64,000 nt of DNA from Centroscyllium fabricii. Taxonomy: Eukaryota. The stretch lies in assembly GCA_051313645.2 (NCBI GenBank), contig JBNRSN020000007.1, forward strand, positions 6,386,001 through 6,450,000, read 5' to 3'. The notes under the pieces were generated by a model. The model did no database searches. It was not told the DNA's origin and saw only the letters and a list, made by a program, of their open reading frames with translations. Below, in pieces: positions 63,044 to 64,000 of this stretch. Numbering within the stretch: the stretch's first letter is position 1; every line of letters begins with the position of its first letter. The translations under genes and the position numbers were made by a program.

Positions 63044-63955
63044 CAGGTTGAGCACCGTTAATCCGGCACGGGCGGGACCAGGCCCGTGCCGGGAAATGGA
63101 AAAAACCGGGAGAACGAGTTTGGACACTGCGCATGCGCACAAGTCGGTGGCAGCGCGCATCATTGGTATTGGCTGGCGCGCGCATGCGCAGATCGTCCAA
63201 TATTGGCCGCCGCGAAGTTTTTTAATGGGCTCAGGCTTTTGTGGCGTTCCGTTTAGGTTTTAGGGCTGTCGGGCAGCAGTGAAAGGCCGGTCTTGCGGGG
63301 GGAGGCAGGAGGGTGGCGTGGTGTGGCGCGGCGCGGTGGGGGGGGGGGGGAAGGAGGGTGACGCGGGTCCGGGGGGGGGGAGGCAGGAGGGTGGCGTGGT
63401 GTGGTGCGGCGCGGGGGGGAAGGCGCAGGTCCCGGGGGGGGGGAAAGGAGGGTGGCGCGGGTCGGCGGGGGGGCAATTTATCCAATCCCGTTTTGCTCTG
63501 TAAGAGGTAACACGGTGCCAGGCTGTGGTCCAACGGTTTTAGTTGGGGTCACGGGCTTTCGGAGCGCCGCTTCCCCGTCAGGTGATGGGGGAGCGGCGCT
63601 CCGAAGGCCCTTGATTTCGAGTGGGACTTTTGGACTACAGCCTGGTGCTGTGTGGCTTCTTACAATTGTCCATCCCAGTCCAACACCAGCACCTCCACAT
63701 CATGGCTTCAATTACAGTTATCGATAAAATAACCGGCGGCCGTACTGAATTATCTGCGCATGCGCTAACCTTCCGGCGACGCATGCGCAGATCATTCAAA
63801 ACACCCGCAGCAGTTTTGAAGCGCATGCGCAGATCATTCGTTGAAGCCACGATGTCGGCTGCCATTTTGCGCATGCGCAGTGCAGTCGGGGCAATTTGTG
63901 CCGGCAGACTGAAGCTGCCGGCTATTCGGTTACCGGATTAACGGTGCTCAACCTG
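63044..63955. mobile_element. pogo/Tigger-like MITE, 912 bp, containing a Penelope inverted pair (63500-63703)
   Basis: Perfect 23-bp TIR CAGGTTGAGCACCGTTAATCCGG; TA TSD (63042-63043, 63956-63957); internal GCGCATGCGC repeats. Confidence 0.9.
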
Positions 63956-64000
63956 TATATGTTTTGGCTAATTGGGGAAATAAAGGAATCTTAGCACTAG

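Overview
Eukaryotic DNA, almost certainly from a cartilaginous fish (shark or relative), judged by HE1/V-SINEs, HER1-type CR1 LINEs with (ATGTTTCT)n tails, Deu-domain SINEs and LF-SINE-like elements. The window is nearly all nested transposable elements and tandem repeats; no host protein-coding gene could be recognised. Main contents: (1) a young full-length Ty3/Gypsy chromovirus (6860-12644, minus) with a Tf1/sushi-type self-priming PBS and one nonsense mutation in pol; (2) a triple LINE nest (CR1 > RTEX-like > CR1) with target-site duplications (TSDs); (3) three decayed PIF/Harbinger elements (spliced Myb/SANT gene plus convergent DDE transposase) and Harbinger, pogo/Tigger and hAT MITEs; (4) more than a dozen Penelope-like (PLE) remnants from two families whose terminal repeats carry minimal hammerhead ribozyme motifs and often sit as inverted pairs between 10-16 bp TSDs; (5) several mini/microsatellites, one derived from a SINE. 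The most unusual signal is the PLE hairpin at 63500-63663, which has strongly strand-biased A>G changes confined to the paired region. All family names come from motif recognition by eye, not database searches; boundaries without a TSD are approximate.
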